In this document: piece by piece, positions 25,320-34,624 of the stretch
Layout: each line of letters opens with the position of its first letter
Numbering within the stretch: the first letter of the stretch is position 1
IMG/VR virus record: IMGVR_UViG_3300048579_000158
Location: 1-47,379 of that record
DNA: 47,379 nucleotides
Source of the DNA: a virus
Lineage: Duplodnaviria > Caudoviricetes
Reading direction: 5' to 3' (one strand)
Notes under the pieces: model-generated
Told to the model about the DNA's origin: nothing
Seen by the model: only the letters and a program-made list of their open reading frames with translations
Databases searched by the model: none
Made by a program: the position numbers and the translations under genes

Positions 25320-25946
25320 CTAGACCCCCATCTCTGCGAGGCGCGCGCTCACGTCCCGCATGGCGACCTGCTCGACGAGGGCCGGATTGAGCTCCCACCC
25401 TTTCTCTGCACAGATCTCGCGCGTCCGGGTCATGACGCTGTCGAACCACTCCGCGAGGTCGTAGTCGTCCCAGACCACGAGACGCAGGCGCCGGCAGGTC
25501 TCCCGAAGGCCGCGCCCGAACTCGGCCAAGTTCCAGTTGCGGCCGAGGTCGACGAAGCCGTGATAGAGGGCGTCCGAACTCCCATTCCGTTCCGAGAGTG
25601 TAACCATGTGGTCGACGACAGCCTCTGCAGCCCTATCCCTCTGCTCCGTCGTCAGGAGCCAGATGCGGAATTTTGTGCTGATGCTGTGGACCGGAGACCG
25701 ATCCCAGGCTGTCGTCGCGTGGTCTCGCCAGGCTGCGCCCTTGACGGCACGGGCCGGCCAGACGGCTCTGTTGTGCCCGATCCGCTCTCTCACGTTGTGA
25801 TCCACGTCGTAGAGTGTCACCGATACCGGACCGTCGGTCGCGACGATCGACAGCGCCGCCGGCTCGATCACGTCAAACACGTACCGCCGGTCCGCGGTCC
25901 ACCGCAGAGGCTTCGGCTGAGGTGCTTCAAGTGTCTGGGCGTTCAC
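25320..25946 (-). CDS. Hypothetical protein
   Basis: G-rich RBS with GTG start. Confidence 0.65.
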   Translation of the reverse strand: MNAQTLEAPQPKPLRWTADRRYVFDVIEPAALSIVATDGPVSVTLYDVDHNVRERIGHNRAVWPARAVKGAAWRDHATTAWDRSPVHSISTKFRIWLLTTEQRDRAAEAVVDHMVTLSERNGSSDALYHGFVDLGRNWNLAEFGRGLRETCRRLRLVVWDDYDLAEWFDSVMTRTREICAEKGWELNPALVEQVAMRDVSARLAEMGV

Positions 25947-25993
25947 GATGCGCGTCCCCCCGTGGAAAGAATTCTGGTCACAGTCGTTGTCCC

Positions 25994-26920
25994 CTATCGT
26001 CTTGGTTTGCCGATCGCCGACGCGAAGGCGTAGGCGAGTGCGCGCGCGTAGCGCTCGTGCACGATCTGCCGCGACACGCGCTGCAATTTCGCGATTTGCC
26101 AGAAGGCCCACGGCGGATCCGCGGCGCGGAGGCTGAGCACCTGGACCAGCTTCCGGTCCGCGAAATCCAGCCAGCTCAGAGCCGTGTCCCAGTCCCTCAG
26201 ATCACGGTCCGCCGGCGTCCACCCCGAGCGCACTGCGTCGCTATCGCTGCCCTCGTCGGCCTCGCGCTCGAGCGCGGCGTATTTCAGTGCGGCCTTGACC
26301 ATCTCTCCCGGAATGTCTGAGCACAGGCTGCCTCCCGTGTGTCCGGCGGAAATTCCGCCGCCGCGCGAGGCCGATGTCCGGAACGCACGGAGGATCCGCG
26401 CCTCGCACTCCTTCACCGACGCCGGAGGTTCGCCGCAGCGGAGTTTGAGGCCCGGATAGGGCCAGCCGTCATCGCTCAAATGCGGGTCGAGCGGCTCTTC
26501 CTCCGGCCTCTCCGGTGCGACCGGCAGAACCGGCCCAAACCCGGAGCCGAGCGGCTCGGGCAGGGGATGCCGCCACGCGCGAGGGTCCAAGGGCCGCCAT
26601 GCGTTGGGCGAGTATTTCGTGGGCGGCGTGCGGCCGAACATTTCAAGCTCGACCACTTCCGTGCGGACGAAGCCGTAGGCGATGCCGCCCCACGCCCCGA
26701 GCTGGTACCACCAATAGGCGCGCGCCGGACCGGGGCGGCGCCGGATCTCCGCCAGGATCTCGAACCCGCCGCGCTGCTTGTCGTCCTTGATGCCGGGCGG
26801 CGGCAGCCGGCCCTGGCCACCGACGAGCGACACAACAACAGGCACGTTCGGCCAACGCATCGCCTCGATTGGATACCAAAGCCGCTCGGAGACATCGGAG
26901 CGTATCGCACGCACCTTCAT
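25994..26920 (-). CDS. Protein with C-terminal sigma-4-like HTH; possible late regulator (DUF6362-like)
   Basis: ALSWL...FWQIAKLQRVSRQIVHERYARAL; GGGAGG RBS. Confidence 0.65.
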   Translation of the reverse strand: MKVRAIRSDVSERLWYPIEAMRWPNVPVVVSLVGGQGRLPPPGIKDDKQRGGFEILAEIRRRPGPARAYWWYQLGAWGGIAYGFVRTEVVELEMFGRTPPTKYSPNAWRPLDPRAWRHPLPEPLGSGFGPVLPVAPERPEEEPLDPHLSDDGWPYPGLKLRCGEPPASVKECEARILRAFRTSASRGGGISAGHTGGSLCSDIPGEMVKAALKYAALEREADEGSDSDAVRSGWTPADRDLRDWDTALSWLDFADRKLVQVLSLRAADPPWAFWQIAKLQRVSRQIVHERYARALAYAFASAIGKPRR

Positions 26921-27225
26921 GTCCGCCTCCCAGGCTTCACGTCGATGCTGCCTATGCGCCTGACGCTGCAGCCGCCAAGCGATCGGGACATCGCCCTCGG
27001 GTCGACGGCCCGTTCCCGCCAGCGCTGAAGCACCTCGTTCGCCTCTGCGACGGCACCGTATTGCGCAAGCTCGATCGCCTCGGCGAGCTCGTCGTTGCAC
27101 TGCCGCGCCTCGTCCAGGATCGCTTGTGCCGTTGTTAAACGGCGCTGCGCGAACCACCAGCCGAGGCAATTCGTGGTGTACGCCGCCGCGAAGACGACGA
27201 CCCAGACCCATTCGATGGACGTCAC
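26917..27225 (-). CDS. Membrane-anchored hypothetical protein
   Basis: N-terminal TM; coupled. Confidence 0.6.
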   Translation of the reverse strand: MTSIEWVWVVVFAAAYTTNCLGWWFAQRRLTTAQAILDEARQCNDELAEAIELAQYGAVAEANEVLQRWRERAVDPRAMSRSLGGCSVRRIGSIDVKPGRRT

Positions 27226-27437
27226 GGCCCGCCTCCCGCGTCGTCACACACGAAGCGGATCCCGATCACATCCCCCGACTTCGGGTCGATGTACGAGATC
27301 GCTTCGCCCTCTACGATAACCGGTTCGCGCGTGCGCTTCGGGAGCGGGGACATATCCGGCGGCCCCTCGCGGAAAGGTGCCGCCAGTTCAGCTCGCGTCA
27401 GCGTGGTCGCGACGCTCTCTTGCGATGCGTAGGGCAT
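27222..27437 (-). CDS. Hypothetical protein
   Basis: TGATG coupling. Confidence 0.55.
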   Translation of the reverse strand: MPYASQESVATTLTRAELAAPFREGPPDMSPLPKRTREPVIVEGEAISYIDPKSGDVIGIRFVCDDAGGGP

Positions 27438-27562
27438 CACATCACCCCCAATAGGTCGTGCCAGATCCAAAGTGCCTGGGTATCCCCCATCGCGGCGAGC
27501 GCAATCAACCACGCCACCGAGGCTCCGGTCACGAGCACGAGCATCCAATCCAGCCGCTGCAT
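27437..27562 (-). CDS. Small TM peptide
   Basis: GAGG RBS; MQRLDWMLVLV... Confidence 0.5.
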   Translation of the reverse strand: MQRLDWMLVLVTGASVAWLIALAAMGDTQALWIWHDLLGVM

Positions 27563-27572
27563 GATGCCCGCC

Positions 27573-27914
27573 TCAGTGCCGGGCCGGTGCGGCGGGATGC
27601 TCGGCAGCCCCGTTCGCGGTTTGCCGCGCGGGCGGCGTGACAATGTTCGGCAGCCGCTCGACGTGCGGAAGAGCGTCCGGCTTCGGAGGCGCCGGCAGCA
27701 AGCCGACGCGCTGCGCCAGGATCGAGACGAGCCCGACGATCTCCTGGCCGCGCTCCTGCTGGGAAGCGATCACGGCGTTGAGCTCCTGGATGAGCCGCTC
27801 GTCGAACTGCCGCAGCTTGGCGCCGAGCGTGACGATCGCCGAGAACTCCTCGCCGTTGGCATCGGCATACTTGGTCGCCAGCTTGGCAAGCTCTCTGGAA
27901 AGCGTGGATGACAT
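27573..27914 (-). CDS. Coiled-coil hypothetical protein
   Basis: AAGGA RBS. Confidence 0.7.
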   Translation of the reverse strand: MSSTLSRELAKLATKYADANGEEFSAIVTLGAKLRQFDERLIQELNAVIASQQERGQEIVGLVSILAQRVGLLPAPPKPDALPHVERLPNIVTPPARQTANGAAEHPAAPARH

Positions 27915-27947
27915 GGTTTTCTGTCCTTTTGGTTTCAGGGTTTGGGG

Positions 27948-28334
27948 TCAGTTCATCCGGCCACGCCGGCGCTTCTCTTTCTTCTCGGTCTTGGTTTCAG
28001 GCTCGAGCTTGGCCTCCTCGTCGGCTTTCTTCATCGCGTCCTCCACCGTCGCCGGCAGGCCAGCCGCCTTCAGGTACGTGTTGCGGAGAGTCTCGAACGT
28101 GAGTTGGCGCGCGATGAACGCGAAGCCTTTGCGCTTCAGCTTCTCGACCTGCTTGAAGGCTTTCATGTCGTAGCCTTCCTGCTTTGCGGCCTCCTCGATC
28201 AGCTTCGCCTCGGCCTTGAACTTCTCGATCTTGTCGAGCGTGGCCTCGTACTGATCGAGACGGTTGTTGAGGTCCTGGCCGCGGTTGCCGCCCATGTCCT
28301 CGATGACGGGATGTTCCATGTCTTCATCAGCCAT
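27948..28334 (-). CDS. GapR/DUF2312-like DNA-binding protein
   Basis: GGN..DL...EAAKQEGYDMKAFKQVEKLKRK pattern. Confidence 0.65.
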   Translation of the reverse strand: MADEDMEHPVIEDMGGNRGQDLNNRLDQYEATLDKIEKFKAEAKLIEEAAKQEGYDMKAFKQVEKLKRKGFAFIARQLTFETLRNTYLKAAGLPATVEDAMKKADEEAKLEPETKTEKKEKRRRGRMN

Positions 28335-28342
28335 TGCAAACC

Positions 28343-28783
28343 TCAGCCGTTGAGCGGGTGAAGAGCTGTGTCGGACAGGCTTCCACCAGTCACGACATGC
28401 TGCGCGACCGCTGCGCGGATCTCATCCGCGTCGCCATCGTCGTCGTCGGTCGCCGAAATGGCGTCAGCTCTCTTCTTCAGGTCGGCATATGTCGGCGCGC
28501 ACTCCGCGCAGAGCACCGGCCCGTCGCTGCACCGGTGCACAGTATCGCCATCGATCAGCAGCTTGCTGCAGGTCTCGCAATGGAGCACCTCGACACCCTC
28601 GAGCCCATACCGCGCGAGGATCAGCGCGCGGCTAGTGTCCAGCGAGCGCAACAGATCGTCATAAGGCTGGCGCAGCGCGTACACTTTGTCCTCCATGTTC
28701 GCGATTTCCTCGATCTCGGCGTCGAGAGCAGCGCGCTGCTCGTCCGTCAGACTGGGGCGTGTTCCGTTCGATGTGTTCGTCAT
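28343..28783 (-). CDS. Zn-finger-containing hypothetical protein
   Basis: CETC...CAEC. Confidence 0.65.
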   Translation of the reverse strand: MTNTSNGTRPSLTDEQRAALDAEIEEIANMEDKVYALRQPYDDLLRSLDTSRALILARYGLEGVEVLHCETCSKLLIDGDTVHRCSDGPVLCAECAPTYADLKKRADAISATDDDDGDADEIRAAVAQHVVTGGSLSDTALHPLNG

Positions 28784-29610
28784 GCCGCTTCGGCCTCCTT
28801 GGTTTTCTTGATGCCACGTAGGATTCTGGTCAGACGGAGCTTGCTGACGCCCAGCGCCGCCATCATCTCGGACGCCGTCGCCTGCTGCTTGATCAGGGCG
28901 CGCGCCGCGATTTCTTCGTCTGGCGATGCCGGGTCCTCGAAAGTCCACGCCGCGAACCGGCGCCTGTCGTCCGCGCGCTCGAGCGCGCGACGGCGCCCCG
29001 GCGGAATCCAGACCGTGTCAGTGCGGCGGCCGACCTCCGCGATCTCCCAGACGAACCAGGAATAGGCGGTGGCCGTCGAGGCCTCCGGATCCCAGCAGCC
29101 CTTGACCATCGGCACGCGTTCAGCGAAATGCGCGATCGTGGTGGGTGGCCTGCTGCAGAAGAGCTGGGCATAGCGGTCTACACCCTCGGTCCAGGGCGTG
29201 CGCACCAGGAGCGCGACCCCGACGGAGGCCTCATCGAGCGCACGCAACGCGAACTCCAGCGCCGGCACGAACGGCGGGTTCATGAAGACCCAGTCGGGCC
29301 GGAAGGGGCACTGCGCCGGCGCCTGCGGAATATCCGCCCTCCCCGCGAAGCTGCCCAGCGCGTAGCCTTGCCCGTAGTCGTGGACATCGGAGGCATGCAC
29401 CGCGCTGAAATACTCGCGCAGGACCTCCGCCATGTGGCCCTCGCCGGCGCATCCGTCCCAGCACGAGCCACCCTGCAGGTGCAGCGGGACGACGTGCTCC
29501 AGCACCGAGCGCGTTCCCCAAGGGGGCGTCGGAAAAAAATCGAGGCTATCGACCGGATCCAGCCGCCGGTTCATCACCGCGCGACCGCCCTTTGGGTTTG
29601 CGGGCGTCAT
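28780..29610 (-). CDS. SAM-dependent DNA adenine methyltransferase-like protein with C-terminal HTH
   Basis: DFFPTPPW, CAGEGHM, SDVHDYG, MNPPF, YSWFVW. Confidence 0.85.
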   Translation of the reverse strand: MTPANPKGGRAVMNRRLDPVDSLDFFPTPPWGTRSVLEHVVPLHLQGGSCWDGCAGEGHMAEVLREYFSAVHASDVHDYGQGYALGSFAGRADIPQAPAQCPFRPDWVFMNPPFVPALEFALRALDEASVGVALLVRTPWTEGVDRYAQLFCSRPPTTIAHFAERVPMVKGCWDPEASTATAYSWFVWEIAEVGRRTDTVWIPPGRRRALERADDRRRFAAWTFEDPASPDEEIAARALIKQQATASEMMAALGVSKLRLTRILRGIKKTKEAEAA

Positions 29611-29846
29611 GCGGGCGGTCTCCGCAGACGTGCCGCCTCGCGCGCGAGGCTTGCCGCGTAGAGCGACAGCACAAACACCGCGAGCTTGATCCAGGAGAGT
29701 TCGATCGCGAGCGCCCCCGTGCCGGCCGCCGACGCAATACTCAGCGCCGAATACGCCACCGCCATCCACGCGAGCATCTCGTCGAAGGGTCTTGCACGCG
29801 CGTGCCAGTACGCCGCGATTGAAATCACGAGAAAGATCACAGTCAC
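29607..29846 (-). CDS. Small membrane protein
   Basis: Hydrophobic; coupled. Confidence 0.55.
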   Translation of the reverse strand: MTVIFLVISIAAYWHARARPFDEMLAWMAVAYSALSIASAAGTGALAIELSWIKLAVFVLSLYAASLAREAARLRRPPA

Positions 29847-30052
29847 ATCGGTTCTCCACGCTTGGCCACGGCCGCCCACACCTCGAGGTCCAGGGTTGCG
29901 GGAAAGCATTTGCCGGAGCGCGCGTGCCCCGCGGCGATGGCGTGCCGACCTGCCGCCTCGCAGATCTCCCGGTTCGGAAGAACCCAGGCCTCGCCAAGGC
30001 CGGCTCGGCTGGGGTCGGCGAGCGCGAGGATCAACATCCACGCTTCGATCAT
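29843..30052 (-). CDS. Small hypothetical protein
   Basis: AAGGA RBS; ICEAAG...C. Confidence 0.55.
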   Translation of the reverse strand: MIEAWMLILALADPSRAGLGEAWVLPNREICEAAGRHAIAAGHARSGKCFPATLDLEVWAAVAKRGEPM

Positions 30053-30774
30053 GGTGTTTCCTTTCTGGCAGGAGCGAATTCGGGATGGGCAGCGATGAAC
30101 GCAGCGCGAAACGCGGCGTCGTTCTCCGCGAACCATCTCGGTGAGAACGGCTCTGCGGTGACGCGCGGTCGCGTATTGAGTTTGGGAGTGAGCCGGCGCT
30201 TCCGTGCCGGTGCCGGGGCGGTAACCGGCTCCGGCTGTGGCGTCGCCTCTGAGGTCAGAGACGGCTCTTCGTGAGCGATACCCCCCCCGGTTGTGGCCGC
30301 ATCAGCCAGTCTCGTAACGATACCGGCGATCGTCTCACGCGTTTCTGGGTCACCGCATGCGAGCCGCTCGGACACGACACGGACGGCATGCAGGACGGTG
30401 GTGTGATCGCGATCGCCGCATCTCCGGCCGATCTCCGGGATGGATTGCGTCGTGGCGTGATAGGCGAACCACAAGGCACACTGACGCGGCTGGCACACAG
30501 CACGATAGGTCGAGCGGCCCAAGAAATGATCCTTCGAGTGTCCGGTCGTTCGAGCCGCCGCGAGCATGATGGCCGCCACCAGAGGCGCCCGATCGGGCGC
30601 GACGTAGCCGAACGGCTCGAGCACGCTCACGTCCCGCCGCCCGTAGACGCTCTCCCGTGTCTGCTGCTTCCGGCTCTTGGAATGGAACCGTGTTGCCGGT
30701 GAGGCTTTCTCGATCGACGTCACGACGGCCTCGCGCGACGCCTCGATGACTGCCCCAATATTAATTTCGCTCAT
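30049..30774 (-). CDS. DnaA C-terminal (domain IV) HTH protein
   Basis: PRQ...SIPEIGRRCGDRDHTTVLHA. Confidence 0.85.
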   Translation of the reverse strand: MSEINIGAVIEASREAVVTSIEKASPATRFHSKSRKQQTRESVYGRRDVSVLEPFGYVAPDRAPLVAAIMLAAARTTGHSKDHFLGRSTYRAVCQPRQCALWFAYHATTQSIPEIGRRCGDRDHTTVLHAVRVVSERLACGDPETRETIAGIVTRLADAATTGGGIAHEEPSLTSEATPQPEPVTAPAPARKRRLTPKLNTRPRVTAEPFSPRWFAENDAAFRAAFIAAHPEFAPARKETP

Positions 30775-31285
30775 GTTCCACCTCGATCACGGATGCCAAA
30801 TGCCAGCGGCCGTTCGCGCGCGGCACGGCCTCCGATAGGAGCCAGGGCACGAGCGTGTCCGACCAATCCTGGAGAGAGACCCACCCGCTCCCGTTCGACA
30901 TCGCGTTGATGTCGAAGATCCCGATATCGCCGGGCGCGCGCGTAACGGCGCCGACCCAATGCGTGTAGCGGTAGCGGGCGCGCATCGGGACGCCGGGCTG
31001 CGTCCACGGTCCTTCCCACTGGACGCGCACCAAGCCGCGTGAAGGCCACTGTTTGGCACCGCGCACCTGGCGCCATGTCACGCCCAGCCGGTTCAGGGTC
31101 TCGAACATCAGCGTCGGGTTCGTGTAGCCCTTGGCCTCGAAGTCCCCCAGGTGCGGGCGGAGCTCGTCGAGCGTCATGCCGAGCATGGCGGCAATCGCGC
31201 CAGGTCCGCAGTTCGCACCCCATGTTTCGCTCGCGCGCTCGGCATCGGCGGCGGTGAAGCGCGGTCGGGTGATGACGGTGCTCAT
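30761..31285 (-). CDS. Papain-fold (C39-like) protein
   Basis: NCGPGAIA...HWVG...IFD. Confidence 0.6.
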   Translation of the reverse strand: MSTVITRPRFTAADAERASETWGANCGPGAIAAMLGMTLDELRPHLGDFEAKGYTNPTLMFETLNRLGVTWRQVRGAKQWPSRGLVRVQWEGPWTQPGVPMRARYRYTHWVGAVTRAPGDIGIFDINAMSNGSGWVSLQDWSDTLVPWLLSEAVPRANGRWHLASVIEVEHERN

Positions 31286-31440
31286 CCTCGCGCCTCGCCG
31301 GTTTTAATCGCGTGAGCGAGACGCAAGGTGATGCCGAACAGCTCGGCCGCCCGCGCCGCCGAATAGCCCATGACTTTGAGGTACAGCGTCGCGCGCTGCG
31401 ACGGCGTCCAGGTGCTGTCAGGCGTGGCGAACGAGATCAT
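31282..31440 (-). CDS. Small HTH protein
   Basis: MGYSAARAAELFGITL; ATGA coupling. Confidence 0.55.
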   Translation of the reverse strand: MISFATPDSTWTPSQRATLYLKVMGYSAARAAELFGITLRLAHAIKTGEARG

Positions 31441-32564
31441 TTTCCACCCCCGTTCGGCATCTCGTTCCACTCGCGGCCATCGAGCAGGCGTCCGGCTACA
31501 GACTTCCCGGTCGGGGTCATGACCTCAGGGCGGCGGGCAGCCCAATCCCCGCTACGGCGCGCCTCGACCTCGCAAGCTTCGCGTGTCCAAATGCAGCTCG
31601 TCCCATCCTTAAAAACGACGTGGCGCGTGGCTGCACGTTTGCGGGACGGTGCCGAGCCGTGATGCCAATGGCCCCATTGCTTGAAGAAGAACGGCACGCC
31701 GGCGGCCTGGCACTGATCCCGGATTGATCGCGCCCAGTCCGGATGCATCGGCCGCGCGTCGGGGCCACTCTCGCCACCGACGATGACCCAGTCGATGCGC
31801 GTCCTTGCGCGCGGCGCAAAGTGGACGTGGAGCCCGGGCTTGTCGCAGAGTGAATTGAGTGCATCACCGTCGTCGTCCAGCCGCGTGAAGTCGATCGGAC
31901 CGAGCAGCGGCTCGGCGGAGACGAAGCGCACGGCCGCAGGTGTCGCCAGCAGATCGGGAATGCGCTCGTCGGCGCGTTTCTGGTCCTCGGCCGAGACACC
32001 GAGCCAGATATGGCTGTCCCATGCGGGATCGCACACCTGTCGGGCTTGGCGCGCGCCCGGACTATCGCGCATTTCCGGTGTGGGGCAGGCCTTGAATTTG
32101 TCGGCATACTCCTCCCGTTTGGCATATCGCCGCCGCATGTAGTCGCGCATGCGCTCGGAGCGCTTGGTGAGGATTTGAAACGTATGGCGACGGTGCGGAT
32201 GCCAGCGTTCTCCGTCCCAAGTGCTTCGGCGCAAAACACAGCCATCCATCACCTCGAACACACGATCGATCCACGCCTCCGGCACGCTCTCGTGGAACAG
32301 GTCAGACATGCTGTTGACGAACCACATCGTCGGCTTCTTGCGGCGGAGCGGCTTGAGCAGTGTCTCCTCCGGAGCCATGCGCATCTCGCCGGTCCACACG
32401 GCTTTGCCCTTCACGACCTTCGTCAGGAGCGCATGGCGCTCCATCCCCATGAGCTCGAGGCGGTGAGCCATCTTCATCGCGTAGCAGTGCGCGCATCCAG
32501 GCGACACGAGGCTGCAGCCGACGATCGGGTTCCACGTCTTTTCCGTCCACTCGATCTTGCTCAT
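31437..32564 (-). CDS. Phage Gp37/Gp68 (DUF5131) family protein
   Basis: SKIEWT..TWNP..GC..VSPGC.HCYA, SMSDLFH, ILTKR, EPLLG, WVIVGGESG, FFFKQWG. Confidence 0.93.
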   Translation of the reverse strand: MSKIEWTEKTWNPIVGCSLVSPGCAHCYAMKMAHRLELMGMERHALLTKVVKGKAVWTGEMRMAPEETLLKPLRRKKPTMWFVNSMSDLFHESVPEAWIDRVFEVMDGCVLRRSTWDGERWHPHRRHTFQILTKRSERMRDYMRRRYAKREEYADKFKACPTPEMRDSPGARQARQVCDPAWDSHIWLGVSAEDQKRADERIPDLLATPAAVRFVSAEPLLGPIDFTRLDDDGDALNSLCDKPGLHVHFAPRARTRIDWVIVGGESGPDARPMHPDWARSIRDQCQAAGVPFFFKQWGHWHHGSAPSRKRAATRHVVFKDGTSCIWTREACEVEARRSGDWAARRPEVMTPTGKSVAGRLLDGREWNEMPNGGGK

Positions 32565-32821
32565 GGCGCAGTCCTCCCCTTCCTGAGCACTTCCGCCGCA
32601 GAGACCATCGCCTGCCGCAGGGACACGAAGTGCGAGCCGAGCCCGGTCCCATTTGCGCGGGCCGAAATCACTCGTCCGGCGCGCGACACGGATGCCCGGC
32701 CGCACGTCGAGCGCCATTCGATGCGCTGGCCGGCGTCCGTGATCCAGCACTCGAAGCGCGTACCATCGATGGTGAACGGAGGCGCCGAACTGCCGCGCTC
32801 GGACAGCACGGATGCGCTCAT
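32561..32821 (-). CDS. Hypothetical protein
   Basis: ATGA coupling at both ends. Confidence 0.55.
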   Translation of the reverse strand: MSASVLSERGSSAPPFTIDGTRFECWITDAGQRIEWRSTCGRASVSRAGRVISARANGTGLGSHFVSLRQAMVSAAEVLRKGRTAP

Positions 32822-34068
32822 GGCGTCACCCCGAATTTTGCGAGATGGTCGCGGCGAACCTTCCCCTGGTTTGACAGGAATTGCGCTTCCATCGGATTGA
32901 CCTCGGCAAGCGATGCCAGCGCTCGGCGCCACGCGTCCGTGCCTTCGAACAGCCATGGGCTAGCGGCGATCTTGGCTGCATCGTCGGCAGCCTTCCGCGC
33001 TGCGAATACAGCCGCCTCGATGTCGGCAACTTTCGCAGTGGACACGCGTTCCTCGAAGAGCCGCTTGCTTGCCTCCTCGAGCACGCCATCGGTTTCCTTG
33101 GCCACAAGATCAGCGAACTGGCCGAGCGCGAACGCCGGATCTGGCGCATCGATGCGAAGTTTTCTCACCACCGGCTCGATCAGCAGCGCTATCGCTCTGG
33201 CGCGCTCCGGCGTCCTGATCTTCAAAATCAGATCATCGATCTCTCGCACTCGCCCCCTGCGGCGGCGCGAGCCGCCGTGGGGGGTGTGGGGGGAAGGGTC
33301 AGTGAAGGGGTCTATTAAGGGGTTGGCTCCACCTCCTGGAGGGGTGGCCTCCACCTCCTGGAGGGGTGACCTCCATCTCCTGGAGGGGTACTCCTCCACC
33401 TCCTGGAGGGGTGCCTCGGTCGCTACCCCTCCATCTCCTGGAGGGGTCTCCGCCGGATCTACCCCTCCATCTCCTGGAGGGGCGCAGAATTGCTCGATGC
33501 CGTCCTCATCCGGAACGGAGCGCGAGTCTGCTTTTTTCTTGCGCGCCCTCTTCGGCTTCGCCGGCGCCGCCTGGCGCGGGATAATCGCCCATACCTTGAG
33601 CTTGCGCGGAACGTCATCCTCGATAAGGCGTCCCTTGCTGTCGCGCGGCGGCTCGACGAGGCTTGCGACCACGGCGTCCGGGTGTTGGACGACACGCTGG
33701 CCCGGCATGACGACCAGGTCGACGAGCGCCATTACATGCGAGGATTTCTCCTTCGGCTTGCCCTTCTTGCGCTCGCCGGCAATGAGCGCCAGAAGATCGA
33801 TGTCGATCTCGCGCACAACCGTCGTCTTGCCTGCGGCGTTGCCGAACTTGTTTTCCTTTACGCTGAGCAACTGGCACTGCTCGAACGCTGCTAGGCTCGC
33901 GCGCACCGCGGATAGCGACAAAGACGTCTCGTCGCAAATCGTGGCGACGGACGGGAACACGTTGGTCCCGTTGGCATCTGCACAGTCGCACAGCTTTGTC
34001 ATCGTCCAACGCAGCGGCGCCGACGGAAAATCGATGAGAAAGCACTTGCCTACGAGCTCGTTGGCCAT
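32818..34068 (-). CDS. Replication initiator (N-terminal wHTH; lambda O-like layout)
   Basis: LCDCADANG..VFPSVATICDETSLS..AVR; internal iterons; TGATG coupling fixes the start at 34068. Confidence 0.85.
   Translation of the reverse strand: MANELVGKCFLIDFPSAPLRWTMTKLCDCADANGTNVFPSVATICDETSLSLSAVRASLAAFEQCQLLSVKENKFGNAAGKTTVVREIDIDLLALIAGERKKGKPKEKSSHVMALVDLVVMPGQRVVQHPDAVVASLVEPPRDSKGRLIEDDVPRKLKVWAIIPRQAAPAKPKRARKKKADSRSVPDEDGIEQFCAPPGDGGVDPAETPPGDGGVATEAPLQEVEEYPSRRWRSPLQEVEATPPGGGANPLIDPFTDPSPHTPHGGSRRRRGRVREIDDLILKIRTPERARAIALLIEPVVRKLRIDAPDPAFALGQFADLVAKETDGVLEEASKRLFEERVSTAKVADIEAAVFAARKAADDAAKIAASPWLFEGTDAWRRALASLAEVNPMEAQFLSNQGKVRRDHLAKFGVTP
33327..33482. repeat. Six 18-bp iterons CTCCAYCTCCTGGAGGGG (putative origin)
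   Basis: Copies start at 33327, 33349, 33371, 33394, 33429 and 33465. Confidence 0.92.
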
Positions 34069-34160
34069 CAGCGCACCCATATCGCGATGAGCAAGCCGGC
34101 GGCGGCCAGGTTGCAGGCCATGGTGAAGGCAAAGGTGAGGATGAAACGGCGTGACGGCAC
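34068..34160 (-). CDS. 30-aa hydrophobic peptide coupled to the replication gene
   Basis: VPSRRFILTFAFTMACNLAAAGLLIAIWVR*; AGGGG RBS; stop overlaps the rep ATG. Confidence 0.55.
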   Translation of the reverse strand: MPSRRFILTFAFTMACNLAAAGLLIAIWVR

Positions 34161-34304
34161 GGCTGCCCCTGATGGCGTAACTGTTAATTCCGATCAGGAC
34201 GCAGTTGAGCGACGGCGGAAATCGTGAGATGTTCCCCGTCGTCGAGCAGTCCTGATCTGCTCCAATCATCCGAGTGCTCTAGCAACGAGCAGCTCGGGCA
34301 TTTC

Positions 34305-34337
34305 GAAGCCCTCGCAGCGACCAACTGCGAGGGCTTC
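34305..34337. terminator. 13-bp perfect hairpin
   Basis: GAAGCCCTCGCAG-N7-CTGCGAGGGCTTC. Confidence 0.65.
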
Positions 34338-34342
34338 TGCGT

Positions 34343-34624
34343 TTAGGCCGCCGCGGACAGTCCCGCGGAGACGGCGCCGGCCGGAACGTCCGGCGGAACC
34401 AGAACCGAGACGCTCGGACACTCCGCCGGAGGGTCCGCGTAGACATCGAGCCCAAACTCCCGGAACGTTCCGGACGACAGCAGGGCGGTGTCCATCACCT
34501 CGTCGTAACTTTCGACGGCGCTCTCGAACGTTACACCCGCGTCGCGCTCATGCGCGGACAGCGTGAACATTTCGCCGGTGCTGTAGAGGCGGATCCGGAC
34601 GTTGGTCGGTGATGCGTGTTGCAT
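34343..34624 (-). CDS. Hypothetical acidic protein
   Basis: AGGGGGAG RBS. Confidence 0.65.
   Translation of the reverse strand: MQHASPTNVRIRLYSTGEMFTLSAHERDAGVTFESAVESYDEVMDTALLSSGTFREFGLDVYADPPAECPSVSVLVPPDVPAGAVSAGLSAAA

Noticed and set aside
33327-33482. CRISPR-like array
   Set aside because: Spacers are only 4-18 bp, the repeats lie inside a coding gene and there are no cas genes. Iterons fit better.
34069-34269. Upstream extension of the replication protein
   Set aside because: The region is better explained by hairpins and a coupled 30-aa ORF in another frame.
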